DNA of 51,462 nt from an uncultured Dehalococcoidia bacterium (GTDB taxonomy: Bacteria > Chloroflexota > Dehalococcoidia > Lucifugimonadales > UBA3495): contig CATMOE010000022.1 in NCBI GenBank assembly GCA_950072105.1, forward strand, positions 1-51,462, in the 5' to 3' direction. Shown here in pieces: positions 19,339 to 30,751 of the stretch (the stretch's first letter is position 1; the number at the start of each line of letters is the position of its first letter). Made by a program: the position numbers and the translations under genes. The notes below the pieces were generated by a model that did no database searches, was not told the DNA's origin, and worked only from the letters and a program-made list of their open reading frames with translations.

Positions 19339-21393
19339 ATGGACAACTATTCGGTAGCTGTTGACGTTGGCGGTACTTTTACCGACGTCGTTTTATGTAA
19401 CCTGGACACCAATAAACAAAGCGTTTTCAAGACTCCTTCGACACCCGACGACCCAAGCGCAGGGTTTTTGACCGGTCTACAGCAGATACTGGAGGTCAAT
19501 GGGATAAAGCCGGCTCAGGTCAAGCACATATTCCACGGGACAACCATAGCCACCAACGCCATCTTGGAGAACAAAGGGTCCCGGGTTGGGGTATTGGTGC
19601 CAGAGGGTTTCAAATATGTTCTGGAGATCGGCCGCCACGGGACTCCGCGGTTGGTCAATCCCAACTCGTGGATCAAACCCGAGCGTCCGGTGCGTCCCCG
19701 GGATATAGAAGAGATTCCGGAGCGGGTGAGTTTTGACGGGGAGATCCTGATTCCGTTGGACGAAACAGCGGTGCGCAGGGCGGCCCGGAGATTTCGCGAT
19801 GAAGATATTTCATCCATCGCTGTGTCGTTTCTGCACTCTTACGCCAATAGGGACCACGAGTCCCGCGCCCGCGAATTGATACTTGAAGAGTTCCCGAACG
19901 CTCAAGTGTCCCTGTCTTCGGAAGTGTTGGCGGTGTTCCGTGAGTATGAGCGGACCATTACGACCGTTTTGAACGCTTACGTTATGCCCCGTGTCAGCAC
20001 CTACTTAGGCAATCTGGAACGGGCGCTGGGTGGTGAGAAGGTAGACTCCACCCTGTCCATCATGAAGTCCAATGGCGGCATCGTTAGCTCAAGCGTCGCG
20101 GTCCGTCAACCGGTCCACACTGCACTGTCGGGGCCTGCCGCCGGTGTTATGGCGACCTTACAGATCGCCGAAAGCACCGGAGTCTTGAACTGCATCTCCT
20201 TTGATATGGGAGGCACAAGTACCGATGTGTCGCTCATCAAAGATCGGCATCCGACCACCAATCTTGGTGGGAACCTCGGCGACTGGCCGATCCAGTTGCC
20301 GATGCTGGATATAGTGACGATCGGATGTGGCGGCGGAAGCATCGCCGCAGTTTCCGCATCCGGCGTACTGTCCGTTGGCCCCACCAGCGCCGGGGCCGTT
20401 CCGGGTCCGGTCTGCTATGGCAATGGTGGAACGGCCCCCACGGTGACCGACGCCAACCTGGTGCTGGGCCGTATCAATACCCAGATCGCCGGTGGGATAC
20501 TATCCCTGGATGGCCGGGCGGCCGCGGAAGCGATACAGCAGAATATCGCGTCGCCATTAGGCTTGGACCAAAATGCCGCGGCCAACGGGATCCTCAAGAT
20601 TGCCAACAATACGATGGTGGGCGCGATCCGGAATATCAGCGTTGAAAGGGGCCATGACCCCAAAGACTTCGCTCTGGTGGCTTATGGCGGCGCGGGCCCC
20701 ATGCACGCCATCGACGTGGCAGCCTTGCTGGGGATCAACCACGTGGTCGTGCCCTTGAACCCCGGAATCGCTTCCGCTTTCGGTCTTCTGGCCGCGGAGT
20801 TTAAAAACGACTACGCCAGGACTTTCTTGCAGCAGGCGCCCGGCTACGACTTGGATGGCATCGAATCGGTCTACTCGGAACTCGAGGCTGAGGGAAGGGC
20901 GTGGCTTAACGAAGAAGGCGTTCCACAAGAGGTCCACGCCATTTCTCGTTCAGCCGATCTAAGGTATGCCCATCAAGGCTCTGAAGTGACCGTCCCGTTG
21001 AGCGGCAAGCAGGCAACCGGCGAGACTATGGACGCCCTGGTTCAAGAATTCCACGCTCAGCACCAGCAGCTTTACGGGTTTTCCCTGGACCAGCGCGTGG
21101 AGATTGTTACGCTACGGGTGACGGTATCCGGCGACGTTGGGTCGGTGGCATTGCCCCGCCGGGACGGTGTCTCAGACTCCCCTGAGAAGGCGATCCTGGA
21201 TCGCCGCCAGGTGTATTTCGATCAAGGCAACGGTTTCGTCTCTTGCAACATTTATAGCCGTGATCAGCTATCGCCCGGCGCGTCTATCTCAGGTCCGGCG
21301 ATTCTGGAAGGAATGGATTCCACGGTAGTGATCAATCCGGGATGGACATCGTTGGTGGACGACTACGGAAACTGTATCATTCGCCCCGGCTAA
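19339..21393 (+). CDS. Hydantoinase/oxoprolinase A-type subunit
   Basis: VDVGGTFTD, HGTTIATNA, SGPAAG, DMGGTSTD, GGAGPMHA. Confidence 0.95.
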   Translation: MDNYSVAVDVGGTFTDVVLCNLDTNKQSVFKTPSTPDDPSAGFLTGLQQILEVNGIKPAQVKHIFHGTTIATNAILENKGSRVGVLVPEGFKYVLEIGRHGTPRLVNPNSWIKPERPVRPRDIEEIPERVSFDGEILIPLDETAVRRAARRFRDEDISSIAVSFLHSYANRDHESRARELILEEFPNAQVSLSSEVLAVFREYERTITTVLNAYVMPRVSTYLGNLERALGGEKVDSTLSIMKSNGGIVSSSVAVRQPVHTALSGPAAGVMATLQIAESTGVLNCISFDMGGTSTDVSLIKDRHPTTNLGGNLGDWPIQLPMLDIVTIGCGGGSIAAVSASGVLSVGPTSAGAVPGPVCYGNGGTAPTVTDANLVLGRINTQIAGGILSLDGRAAAEAIQQNIASPLGLDQNAAANGILKIANNTMVGAIRNISVERGHDPKDFALVAYGGAGPMHAIDVAALLGINHVVVPLNPGIASAFGLLAAEFKNDYARTFLQQAPGYDLDGIESVYSELEAEGRAWLNEEGVPQEVHAISRSADLRYAHQGSEVTVPLSGKQATGETMDALVQEFHAQHQQLYGFSLDQRVEIVTLRVTVSGDVGSVALPRRDGVSDSPEKAILDRRQVYFDQGNGFVSCNIYSRDQLSPGASISGPAILEGMDSTVVINPGWTSLVDDYGNCIIRPG

Positions 21394-21434
21394 CCAAAAG
21401 CCGCATATTACCGATCCCGAGAGGTGTACGGAGA

Positions 21435-23291
21435 ATGACAACTTTTAGACAAGACGAGCAAGCAACCGGCCGGAGCGACGGGTATGCCGCTGTGGACCCG
21501 GTGACACGCCAGTTGATACGCGGCTCTCTTAGAGCCGCAAAGTTGGAGTGCGAGCTAATTATCGAGCGTACCGCGATGTCGGCGTTCATTCGCGAAAAGA
21601 AAGACTACACCGTCAGCTTTTTAGACGCCAGGGGTCATGAGATATACGGTGACACCATGGGCAGCGACATCATGGGTTGCGTGTGGCAGTACTATCCGGA
21701 AGAGACGATCAATCAAGGGGACGTTTACTGGTACAACGACCCCTATATCTCCCAGGGTAGCATCACCCACACACCGGACATGGTTTTCATCTCGCCGGTC
21801 TTCCATGAGGGAGCCGTGGTGGCTTATTGCCACTCCTTCGCTCATTTTTGGGACCTTGGCGGCTCCCGGCCGGGTAGCATAGGACCGGCCAACACCGAGA
21901 TTTTCCACGACGGTACTTTGGTTCCGCCCATCAAGATTATCGACCGGGGAGAGTTAAACGACGAAGCATATCGGATCATCCTCCGCAACTCCCGGTATCC
22001 CGATCTGCTGGAAGGAGATTCCAAAGCGTTGATGGCGGCGGCCCAGCGGGCCCAAGAACGATTGTTGGAGATGTTTGACCGGTACGGCAACCAGACAATG
22101 CTGGCGGCCATCGAACAAGATCAACGTGATACGGCGGCATTAGTCCGGAGAAAGGCGTTGGAAATTATTCCAGAAGGGGATTACAGCGTCAGGGACTACA
22201 TGGACCACTCGGGAGTAGAAGATCGATGGTACTCTTTCCATCTACAGTTAAGCCGGCGGGGCGACCACATCGTATTGGATACAACCCTAAGCGATGACCA
22301 AGCCGACGGGTCCATAAACTTTGTCGCTAGTCCGGGCACGCTGGGAGCTTACTTCGGACAGCACTTCCACCAATACGACCCGTCCCTTCTGTCCAATAGC
22401 GGTCTCGTTGAATCCATCGACGAGGTGAAGCTTCGTCCCGGTAGCATCCTTCTACCCGAATGGCCAGCGGCCCTGGGTTGCCGTGCCCATACGTTCACCA
22501 AGCTGAAGAGTGCGGTGCGGGCGGTTTTGGCGCAGGCTACGGATGGCCAGGTTATGGCAGGGACCGCGGTTTACGTTATCGTTTATTGGCGTATGAAAGA
22601 CGATACGGGGCAGTGGCTGCTTTGTACCGACGGTATAGCGGTGGGGCATGGCGCAAGACCATTTGCCGACGGGCTGGACGCCATATACCAACGCCACAAC
22701 GAAAACTATCCCGGTGAGTTCATGGAGATGGAGTTCCCCTTGCGTATGGAGCGATACGCCATCGTACCGGACTCAGGGGGGGCCGGAAAATTCCGCGGCG
22801 GGTGCGGTGTCATCAGAGACGTTCGGCTTCTGGCGGACATCGGCACCTTTGGTCTCCGGGTGGAAAATAATAGATTCCCCACGTGGGGGGTTGCCGGAGG
22901 GATGGGCGGCGGCACCTCAAGGGTCGTCATGAATCCAGGGACCGGTCAAGAGAAGGCAATCCGGGCCTTCTCCGACGACAACACCTGGTCTCGAGGGGAT
23001 CTGGTTCGGATCTACACCGCCGGAGGGGGAGGCTGGGGCGACCCGCTGGAACGGGAGCCACATTTGGTCAATGACGATGTAAAAGACGGGTTTGTTACCC
23101 TTGAAGCCGCCCTGCGTGACTACGGCGTCGTTATAAACCCGGTGACCTTAAAGACCGACGAACCGGGAACGGAGGCGAAACGGAAGGACATCAGTTCGTC
23201 CAGAGGACCCACGAAGTTGTTCCACAGATTCAATTACTTCGACACCGCGGACGAGGAATATGAGTGGATCAATGAGCATTTCCCCAGATGA
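21435..23291 (+). CDS. Hydantoinase B/oxoprolinase family subunit
   Basis: IREKKD, NDPY...HTPD, HFWDLGG, DSGGAGKFRGG, GGGGWGDP. Confidence 0.93.
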   Translation: MTTFRQDEQATGRSDGYAAVDPVTRQLIRGSLRAAKLECELIIERTAMSAFIREKKDYTVSFLDARGHEIYGDTMGSDIMGCVWQYYPEETINQGDVYWYNDPYISQGSITHTPDMVFISPVFHEGAVVAYCHSFAHFWDLGGSRPGSIGPANTEIFHDGTLVPPIKIIDRGELNDEAYRIILRNSRYPDLLEGDSKALMAAAQRAQERLLEMFDRYGNQTMLAAIEQDQRDTAALVRRKALEIIPEGDYSVRDYMDHSGVEDRWYSFHLQLSRRGDHIVLDTTLSDDQADGSINFVASPGTLGAYFGQHFHQYDPSLLSNSGLVESIDEVKLRPGSILLPEWPAALGCRAHTFTKLKSAVRAVLAQATDGQVMAGTAVYVIVYWRMKDDTGQWLLCTDGIAVGHGARPFADGLDAIYQRHNENYPGEFMEMEFPLRMERYAIVPDSGGAGKFRGGCGVIRDVRLLADIGTFGLRVENNRFPTWGVAGGMGGGTSRVVMNPGTGQEKAIRAFSDDNTWSRGDLVRIYTAGGGGWGDPLEREPHLVNDDVKDGFVTLEAALRDYGVVINPVTLKTDEPGTEAKRKDISSSRGPTKLFHRFNYFDTADEEYEWINEHFPR

Positions 23292-23314
23292 CCTAAGGCT
23301 GTTTTCGGGCCCGT

Positions 23315-26300
23315 CTAGACCGGCGCCGAGCCGATCGGCAAAGTGAAGCTAAACACGCTTCCCTTACCAGTCTCGCTCTCCACCCAAATCTCGCCCCCGT
23401 GAAGTTCCACCAACGCCTTCGTAATAATCAGTCCAAGACCGGTACCGGTTGTCGACCGGGTCGTTGAGTTATCTATCCGATAGAATCTGTGGAACAGCTT
23501 GTTGATGTCTTCATCAGGAATCCCCAAACCATGATCCCGAACGTTGACTTTCAAATATTCTGACGCTTCGGTGACGGGATCTACATCGACTTCTATCACC
23601 GACATCGCGGGGCTGTATTTCACCGCGTTGCTCAGTAAGTTCGCGACGATCTGGACTACCCTGGGTCTATCGCCTAGGACCCGGACGAGGGCGCTGTCAC
23701 CGTGCCACACGACTTTTAGTTCCTTGCCTTCTATATCTGGCTTCATTTCGCTGAGAACTTGAGTGACAACATCTCCGAACGGGAATTCCGATCGTTCAAG
23801 GATCACAATGCCGCCTTCGAGTCGAGAGAGATCGAGAAGGTCGTTTATTAGAACCTCAAGCCGATCTGTGTTACGCCGCATGGCATCAAGAAACTGTATC
23901 TGGTCCTCATTCAGAGAATCCGTTGACCCTTCCATGATTAGCTCTAGGAACCCTTTTATCGAGGTTATCGGGGTTCTCAACTCGTGAGAAACTATAGCGA
24001 CGAACTCGTCTTTCATGCGGTCCATCGCCTTTCGTTCCGTGATGTCACGCCCATATACGTTGACATAGGCCGCGTCCACGATCGGCGCGAAGACGAAAGC
24101 GAAGGCACGGTCGCCAGATTCGAATTCATCCTCGGCGCTCAAGCCTGAACCCAAAACCTCTTCCACCATTCGAAGCCAATTCGCCGGCGCCACCTCGCCG
24201 ACCGAGAATCCCTGTCGATGTAAGAATCGCTCTCCTTCGGTATTGGCGTACATGACTTTCCCGTCACTTGCGATGCGTAATACCGGGTTGGGGTTCTCCG
24301 ATGGAAATTTGGCTAGGTCTCGAATTTCCTCTTGGGCCTCCCTCTGCTGCGTGTAAAGCTCAGCGTTGGCAATCGCGCCGGCGATTTGGTATGCGACCCG
24401 TTCGAGTAGTTCCAGATGCTCCTGAGAGTAAATACCGGTGTGGCGTGAGCGTACCTGGAGAACCCCCATGGTAGTGTCGTGATAATTCAGTGGCGCCGCC
24501 ATGAAAGACCTCATGCCGACATGGTAATTGGGAAGTAGTCCCGGCAAGAAGTCCAAGTCTGCCGCTGTTTCCGCTTCCACCAGCATGGGCGCATTGACGC
24601 GGATGACTTCGCCGGCCAGGGTTCCAGCTATGGGATTAACGTCGCCTGGTGTCCTACCGGGCACGTAGATTCCGTGGGGGACTCGACTCCACCCTGCTAA
24701 TCAACCAAACTTAGAGACATGCGGTCGAAGGGGATGAGCCCTTTAATTGCCTCTCCCAGGAGGTCGTACACTTCGTTGACGTCCAGGGATGAACTGACGA
24801 CACGACCGATTTCGGCAACCACGGAATTTTCTTCCGCCAAACGTTTCCAGTCAGCGTAAAGCTGTGCGTTGGAGATTGCCCTGGCTATTTGCCGGGCGAT
24901 TCGCTCGGCGAATTCCAAGTGACGCTGGAAGTATACGCCGCGTTCTTTTGATCTCATCTGCATGATGCCGATAATTTCGCCACGGTCGATCAGCGGAACG
25001 GTCAAAAACGAGCGCAAACCTGCTTCGAAGGCAGGCATCAGCAGAGGGAATCGGTCCTCTATGTCTTCCGGAGTTTCCACCTCCAACATGATAGGCGATC
25101 GCGTTTGGACGACCTCCCCGGACAAAGCTCCAGCGAAGGGAACTTGGTCCGTAGCCTCTCGTCCGGGAATGGCGGTACCCATCAACCACGTGGGTGACGT
25201 CGTTTGGTTTTCCTTATTGATTAGGTTCAAACTAAGACGATCGAAGGGGATCGCCTTTTTGATCTGCTCGCCCAGCGTCTGATACACCTCGTTAATGTCC
25301 AAAGATGAACTGATGATTCGGCCCAAATCGGCAAGGATGCGAGTCTCCTGCTCCGATCGTCTGCGTTCCGCGTATTGTTGGGCGTTGGCAATCGCCCCTG
25401 CGATCTGTTGACCAATGGCCATCGCAAGATCCAGATCTTGGGCCGAGTAAGCCTGTGGCAGCGTCGACACCAAATTCAATACTGCGATTACTTCTCCTCT
25501 GGAGAGCAGAGGTACGCCAAGAAACGAGCGGCATTCAGCTTCAAAATATGGCATCAGACCTGGAATAACGCTGGCTTCCCGCTTCAGGTCATCCGGTTGG
25601 AACGTTAATCCTTCTGATGATTGCATCACCCGTTCCGTAAATGTGCCTGCCAATGGAACTAATGTCCCGGTTGCGCGGCCCGGTATTTCAACCCCGGTTA
25701 CATAGTCCAGAGTGGTTGTGCCAGATTGCATATCGACGGTGTTAATAGTGATCCAGTCAAATGGCAGAATCTTTCTGACTAATTCGGCAAACCTCTCGTA
25801 TACCTCCTCGATCTCTAGCGATGAGCTAATTTCCTGGCCGATCTCGGCCATTACCTGGCTCTCTTGGGCCAACCGGCGCTGGGCCCGATCTGATTGCTGG
25901 TTCTCATCGTGAAGCATGGAGTTCTCTAGGAGAGTCCCCAAGCCTCCTCCCACAGCCGTCAACAAGCCTACCAATCGCGGGGTAAAGTAGCGCTTATCCT
26001 TGGATATAACCGTAACCAAGGCCACAGTGCGCCCCTCGACCCTGATCGGCAAGATAACCATTGATTGCATTCCAAGATCGACGAGAGTCTGGGAATGAGA
26101 AGGCGTGGCAACGTAATCGTCGATGACTATTGTCCGGCCCTCGGTGAATGCCGCGGTGCTCAGGGTCTGGGCCTCGGTGAAGACCGGAATCGGAGGGGAT
26201 TCCGCCACCGCCGGTCCGGCCGCGGCCAACAAGTGCAGGCCCGGTTGATCTTCTTTGGGCATTCTGAGGGTTGCCCAGTCTGCTCCTGACGATTGGGCCA

Positions 26301-27183
26301 TCCTCTCCATGACCCTGGTGGTTTTTGATTCAAAATCCCCCAATTGGGAGAAAATTTGCGAAATGTCGTAAAGGACTGTGAGCTCCTCGAAAAGGACTGC
26401 TCGTTCCTCCTCCGCCTGCTGGATCCCAGAGGCCATCTGATTGAATGAATTCGCCAGGCTACCTATTTCATCTTTAGATTCGACATTTGCCCTTATACTA
26501 AGGTTTCCCTCGCCAAGCTCCTCTGCCACATCTCTCAAAATATTGATGGGTATTAAGATGGTCCGGGATAGGAAGAGACCTAAGCCAATCGCTAGAACCA
26601 CAGCGGCCGATACTACGATGAATGTTAGCCTATCCGCATTTGCGATCGTTGCCTGTATATCTTGATTCGCTTGGGCAACTTCTTCAACGCCAATCTCCAA
26701 AAAGCGATCTATTAATGGAATTACGTCATCTATCGCTTCTTCAAAGGAAGCAACATGTGATTGGTTTACCGCCCCATCCCTTTCATAGCTCTCAAACATG
26801 TTGCCGGCAGCTATTTCCAGGACTCCCTTTGCGGTAATTATTTGTTTGTATAATTCAGTTTCTACCTCTTGACCTGGCAGACCAACACGTGCGATGTGCT
26901 CAAACTGGGCAGCCATAGAATCAAATTGATCTAACTTTTCATAAAACTCTGCTTTTTCTTGAGGGTCGTCCAATAGAGGGTAAGCGAACGCTTCCTCGAT
27001 ACCCTCTAGAATCTGTGATTTCATGTCAGTTAATATGACTAGTCTGGCTGACTCCTCTCTTATCACGTCTACCTGTTTTCCGGTTTCTCTCATGTTCGAA
27101 TATCCAATAACTCCGAGGACCCCAACAAGTAGAGCAACTAGCAAGTAGGAAATAGTTAGTTTTCTCCCGATGCTAATTCTCAT
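23315..27183 (-). pseudogene. Disrupted membrane sensor histidine kinase (TM-HAMP-GAFx4-PAS-HisKA-HATPase)
   Basis: HAMP (DEIGSLANSFNQM), repeated GAFs, SHELRTP, NAVKY, GTGLGL; TAG at 24697-24699 plus a frameshift near 24673 split it into two ORFs. Confidence 0.85.
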
Positions 27184-27607
27184 ATATTCCCTTCCTGATT
27201 GGGGTGGTTTCTCGGTTAGAAGCACTCGAGCCGTGAGAAGTTCCGGCCACTTGCGCCTCTGGCTCACTTAAGATTACAGTCTTACCGCGCTGGCCACGGT
27301 CCTTGCACCAAAGACATTGAACCTCGCGTAGAGAAGCCGGTCGGATTTTCTAAGGCTCCCTGGTTAACGGCATTGAATTGAGTATTTGCATCAAGATCCG
27401 CGTCTAAAGTTGCCCTGGCGAGAGCCAGGACAAACCCTCCGGCAGCCCAGGTATGGATAGAAAGATGTCGGGTAAAGATATTGCTACCGCCCGGTTATCA
27501 GCGGATCAAATTAACCGATCGTTCCGAATAGATTTAATCATTTGTTGAGGTAGCTGAATTATAGGACTATTAGTCGACAGGCGAGGGAAATGCAGAGACT
27601 CAATATT

Positions 27608-27781
27608 CTATGTGGCTTTGTCTACTGGATGTGGAACCAATCGAGTTGTTACGGATACGTTGGGTAATCCCAAGTACTTTAGGAGTCCACACTGCAGACA
27701 ACGCATGTAGGAACCGTAATTGTCCCGGTCTATTACCATGTCGCCCGACTTGCATTTTGGGCACGATTTAAACCGCAACAT
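27608..27781 (-). CDS. Small zinc-ribbon protein
   Basis: MLRFKSCPKCKSGDM...RCLQCG; AGGAG upstream of ATG 27781. Confidence 0.7.
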   Translation of the reverse strand: MLRFKSCPKCKSGDMVIDRDNYGSYMRCLQCGLLKYLGLPNVSVTTRLVPHPVDKAT

Positions 27782-28134
27782 TGTCCGGGCGCTCCTATGC
27801 GATATTGCGCGGCCAGGCTGCGCCCCCACTAAAATCGATGACTGACGAGGGTTTGAGTAGGCCATCAACCCTCGTCGATCACCGATGTAAAAATTCTCGA
27901 TCACCTAGTGGTCAAAGTTTTAATGTTTAAGTAGATCTCCGGGCTCCGACCGGCACCGCCATCGCAGGGGATGTCTTATGAGAGGCGAACTGTCGTCCTC
28001 TTTGTGTCCCCGGGCGATCTATGCAGTTGCTTAATGAATAGTTTAGAACGAACATGTGGGCCTATCGTATGTATCTTGTGTGATTCCGGTGAGAATAATT
28101 CAACGGAGCGCCTAATACGGCACTCTAGCTCGAA

Positions 28135-28284
28135 CTATTCAGCACGACGCATCACATCGGTCCGGTTTCGAAATAGATAGTCTCGTTGCTGGGCTCGGCG
28201 CATTCTATTCTTCAATAACCTGGCCCCAATCAAGATTGACGCCGGATAAGCCAACATACTGATAGCAGTCAGAAAGAGCTCCAT
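28135..28284 (-). CDS. Putative 49-aa single-pass membrane microprotein
   Basis: AAGGAG RBS; MELFLTAISMLAYPASILIGARLLKNRMRRAQQRDYLFRNRTDVMRRAE; shorter than anything in the ORF track. Confidence 0.45.
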   Translation of the reverse strand: MELFLTAISMLAYPASILIGARLLKNRMRRAQQRDYLFRNRTDVMRRAE

Positions 28285-28542
28285 CGATTCAACTCCTTGT
28301 TCCGATATCCACCGGCCCAGTCTTCTTCCCGCCCATCAGTCCCAGTTGCTCATATGGCCAAAGGGTTGGGCCCTTTCACATATAGGTTAGAGCTTCATTG
28401 TGAGGGCGCGAGAATAGTTGTGTGAGAAAAGCGTGTTAGATCCGGGGCATCGGAAAGATGGAAAAGGCCGATCCATCACCGCTGCGGCGAGACGTTTGTT
28501 ATAATCCGTACAGACCAGCAATGCTCGTGCGCCGGATGGTAA

Positions 28543-29135
28543 ATGGCTGAAGTCAAGAAAAAGATCCTGGTTATCGACGACGATGACGACATCCGCCTTT
28601 TTGTGTCAACCCGTTTGGAACGAGCCGGGTATAACACTGTCGTCGCGGCCGGGAGATGTCCAACTTGCCGGTTTTGATGTTGACGGCGGCGGCCCTAGAA
28701 AGAGACAAAGTTAGAGGATTGAGGGGAGGCGCGGACGACTATATCACCAAGCCGTTCTCAAGCGAAGAGTTTCTCGCTCGCGTCGAGACATCCCTCCGGC
28801 GAGCCTCGATAACTCCTGAGGGTTCGGAAAGCTTGGTATACCAGGATGCCGAAATAACCATCGACTATCCCAGACACAAAGTGGCCGTGCGAGGGCAGAC
28901 GATTGAACTTACGCCAACGGAGTTCCGCCTTCTGGCTACCCTAACGGAGAACGCGGGCCGGGTGCTGAGCCAAGATCAGTTGCTGGACCGCGTATGGGGA
29001 CAGGATTACGTCGAATCCGCTGATGTAGTCCGCCTGTACGTGGGATATCTTCGCCGGAAGATAGAACTTGACCCCAGCAGTCCCAAACTTATCGAGACTA
29101 GCAGGGGCTTCGGCTACCGGTACCGGAAGCCCTAA
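28543..29135 (+). pseudogene. OmpR-family response regulator with internal deletion/frameshift
   Basis: MAEVKKKILVIDDDDDIRLFVSTRLERAGYNTVVA joins out of frame to REMSNLPVLMLTA...GADDYITKPF...RGFGY; the phospho-acceptor segment is missing. Confidence 0.85.
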
Positions 29136-29270
29136 GAATCTTGAATCACTACGATTCCTGCGGCCCGGTAATTTGCCGCCCACCCATCGGCGTTTCTAAC
29201 TGGAGCGCTCGGTATTCGTCAAAGAGTCCGGGATACCGGGATCCGCTCTCGGAGAATCTGGTTGGCGCAG

Positions 29271-30404
29271 CTAGGAAATCCGCTCCATGTCGAAGCCGTA
29301 CAATCGGGCCGTGGTTGTTCCTACTATCTGCGCTTTTTCGTCTTGGGGGACTCCTTCCAGGATACGGTCCAGAATCTCCCGGGACTTGGGGAAAGTGGAT
29401 TCGGCGTGGGGATAGTCTGATCCCCACATGAGTTGGTCCACGCCGATGACGTCCCGCAGCCTGATTCCGATGTCGTCTTCTTGGAAGCTCAGATACACGT
29501 TGCTGTGGAAGAAATCGCTGGGCAAGACGCCGTTTTTGAACCGGTATGTTGCTTCCTCGTGTCTTTCCCGGTAAGTGTAATCCATGGTGCCGAGCAGGTG
29601 GGGTACCCAGGCAAGCTCGAACTCTACGACGGCCAGCTTTAGCTTTGGATATCGCTCAAATACACCGGCGAATATCATGTCGCACATCGAAGTAGAGGGC
29701 CAGAATACTTTGTTGGCACGACCGCTGGCGTCCCGGATGTTCGTGTTTCCCTCGCCCCGGCTCTTCCCTTCCCTGCGGGTGGCGGTGTGCAGGCTCAGTG
29801 GCATGTTCAGGTCTTGGGCAGCGGCCCAGAAGGGTTCATACTCCGGACTGTCGTAGCGGCGCGCTTCCCACGGGTATTCGGATATCATCCCACCTACCAG
29901 ACCCATTTTCGCGCTGCGTTCCAGCTCCCTCATTCCATCGGCGACATCGTCAAGATTGATCATGGCGATGCCCTTGAGCCGGTCTGGGTTGGTGCCGCAG
30001 AAGTCGGACAGCCAGTCGTTGTAAGCCCGGAATACTGCGGACATCAACTCCGAATCGGCGATCTTGAAGTAGAAAAGGCCCTGGGAAGGGTACAGCACTT
30101 CCCCGGAAACACCGTCGATCTCCATGTCCTTGATATGCTGGTCCGGGTCGTATCCCCCGGTGTGGACATCGTCGAACCGGCCGTGGGCTGAGATGGTCTC
30201 CGGGGCTTCGAAACGGGCGCCGGCGTTAGAGATGAGGCCGATACCGGCGATCAGATGATCGCCTTCCACCACCAACTGATCAACATCGCCGACCCGCTCC
30301 ATGTGGGGGGCCCGATCGCGAAACTTGGCGTCGATCCTCTCGGTCCACAGGTTGGGGGGCTCGAACACGTGGGAGTCGGACGAGATAACGATTTCTCTGG
30401 CCAT
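29271..30404 (-). CDS. Amidohydrolase_2 family protein
   Basis: SSDSH, RAYNDWL, LSLH, WGSDYPHAES; AGGAGGAG RBS. Confidence 0.92.
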   Translation of the reverse strand: MAREIVISSDSHVFEPPNLWTERIDAKFRDRAPHMERVGDVDQLVVEGDHLIAGIGLISNAGARFEAPETISAHGRFDDVHTGGYDPDQHIKDMEIDGVSGEVLYPSQGLFYFKIADSELMSAVFRAYNDWLSDFCGTNPDRLKGIAMINLDDVADGMRELERSAKMGLVGGMISEYPWEARRYDSPEYEPFWAAAQDLNMPLSLHTATRREGKSRGEGNTNIRDASGRANKVFWPSTSMCDMIFAGVFERYPKLKLAVVEFELAWVPHLLGTMDYTYRERHEEATYRFKNGVLPSDFFHSNVYLSFQEDDIGIRLRDVIGVDQLMWGSDYPHAESTFPKSREILDRILEGVPQDEKAQIVGTTTARLYGFDMERIS

Positions 30405-30474
30405 GGCTTAATCTCCTCCTGGTAGCCCGTGGGTAGTGATACGACGAGGGTATTCTACCATCCAGACCTGAACA

Positions 30475-30714
30475 CTAACCCGCCGCGAGTGCCGACAGAC
30501 GCTCACTGCGATGCCGCCGCCAAAAACGCTGCAACGCTACCAACGCCCACAAGGTTTCGATGACCGTGATGGGGTAGGCCGCGACCAGGCCGCTGTAGGC
30601 GGCGGTGAGGGCTGATCCACCGGCGAATATCAGCACCATCCACTTGGACCGGGGCTCCAGCCAGTAAGCCAAAAACATGATGGATACGGCAATGACGCCG
30701 AACACTGTCAGCAT
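30475..30714 (-). CDS. Small three-helix membrane protein
   Basis: 79 aa, hydrophobic; AGGAGG RBS; directly downstream of the UU gene. Confidence 0.75.
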   Translation of the reverse strand: MLTVFGVIAVSIMFLAYWLEPRSKWMVLIFAGGSALTAAYSGLVAAYPITVIETLWALVALQRFWRRHRSERLSALAAG

Positions 30715-30751
30715 CTATACCTCCTAAGCATCGAGCAATTGATCGGGGCGT

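Noticed and set aside
24697..24699. Amber readthrough restoring the histidine kinase
   Set aside because: The downstream ORF is in a different frame, so readthrough alone cannot restore it
27409..27435. GAGA-tetraloop hairpin as a possible c-di-GMP-I riboswitch
   Set aside because: Flanking GGCAAA/GACGCAAA consensus and second stem not found; wrong strand for the kinase leader
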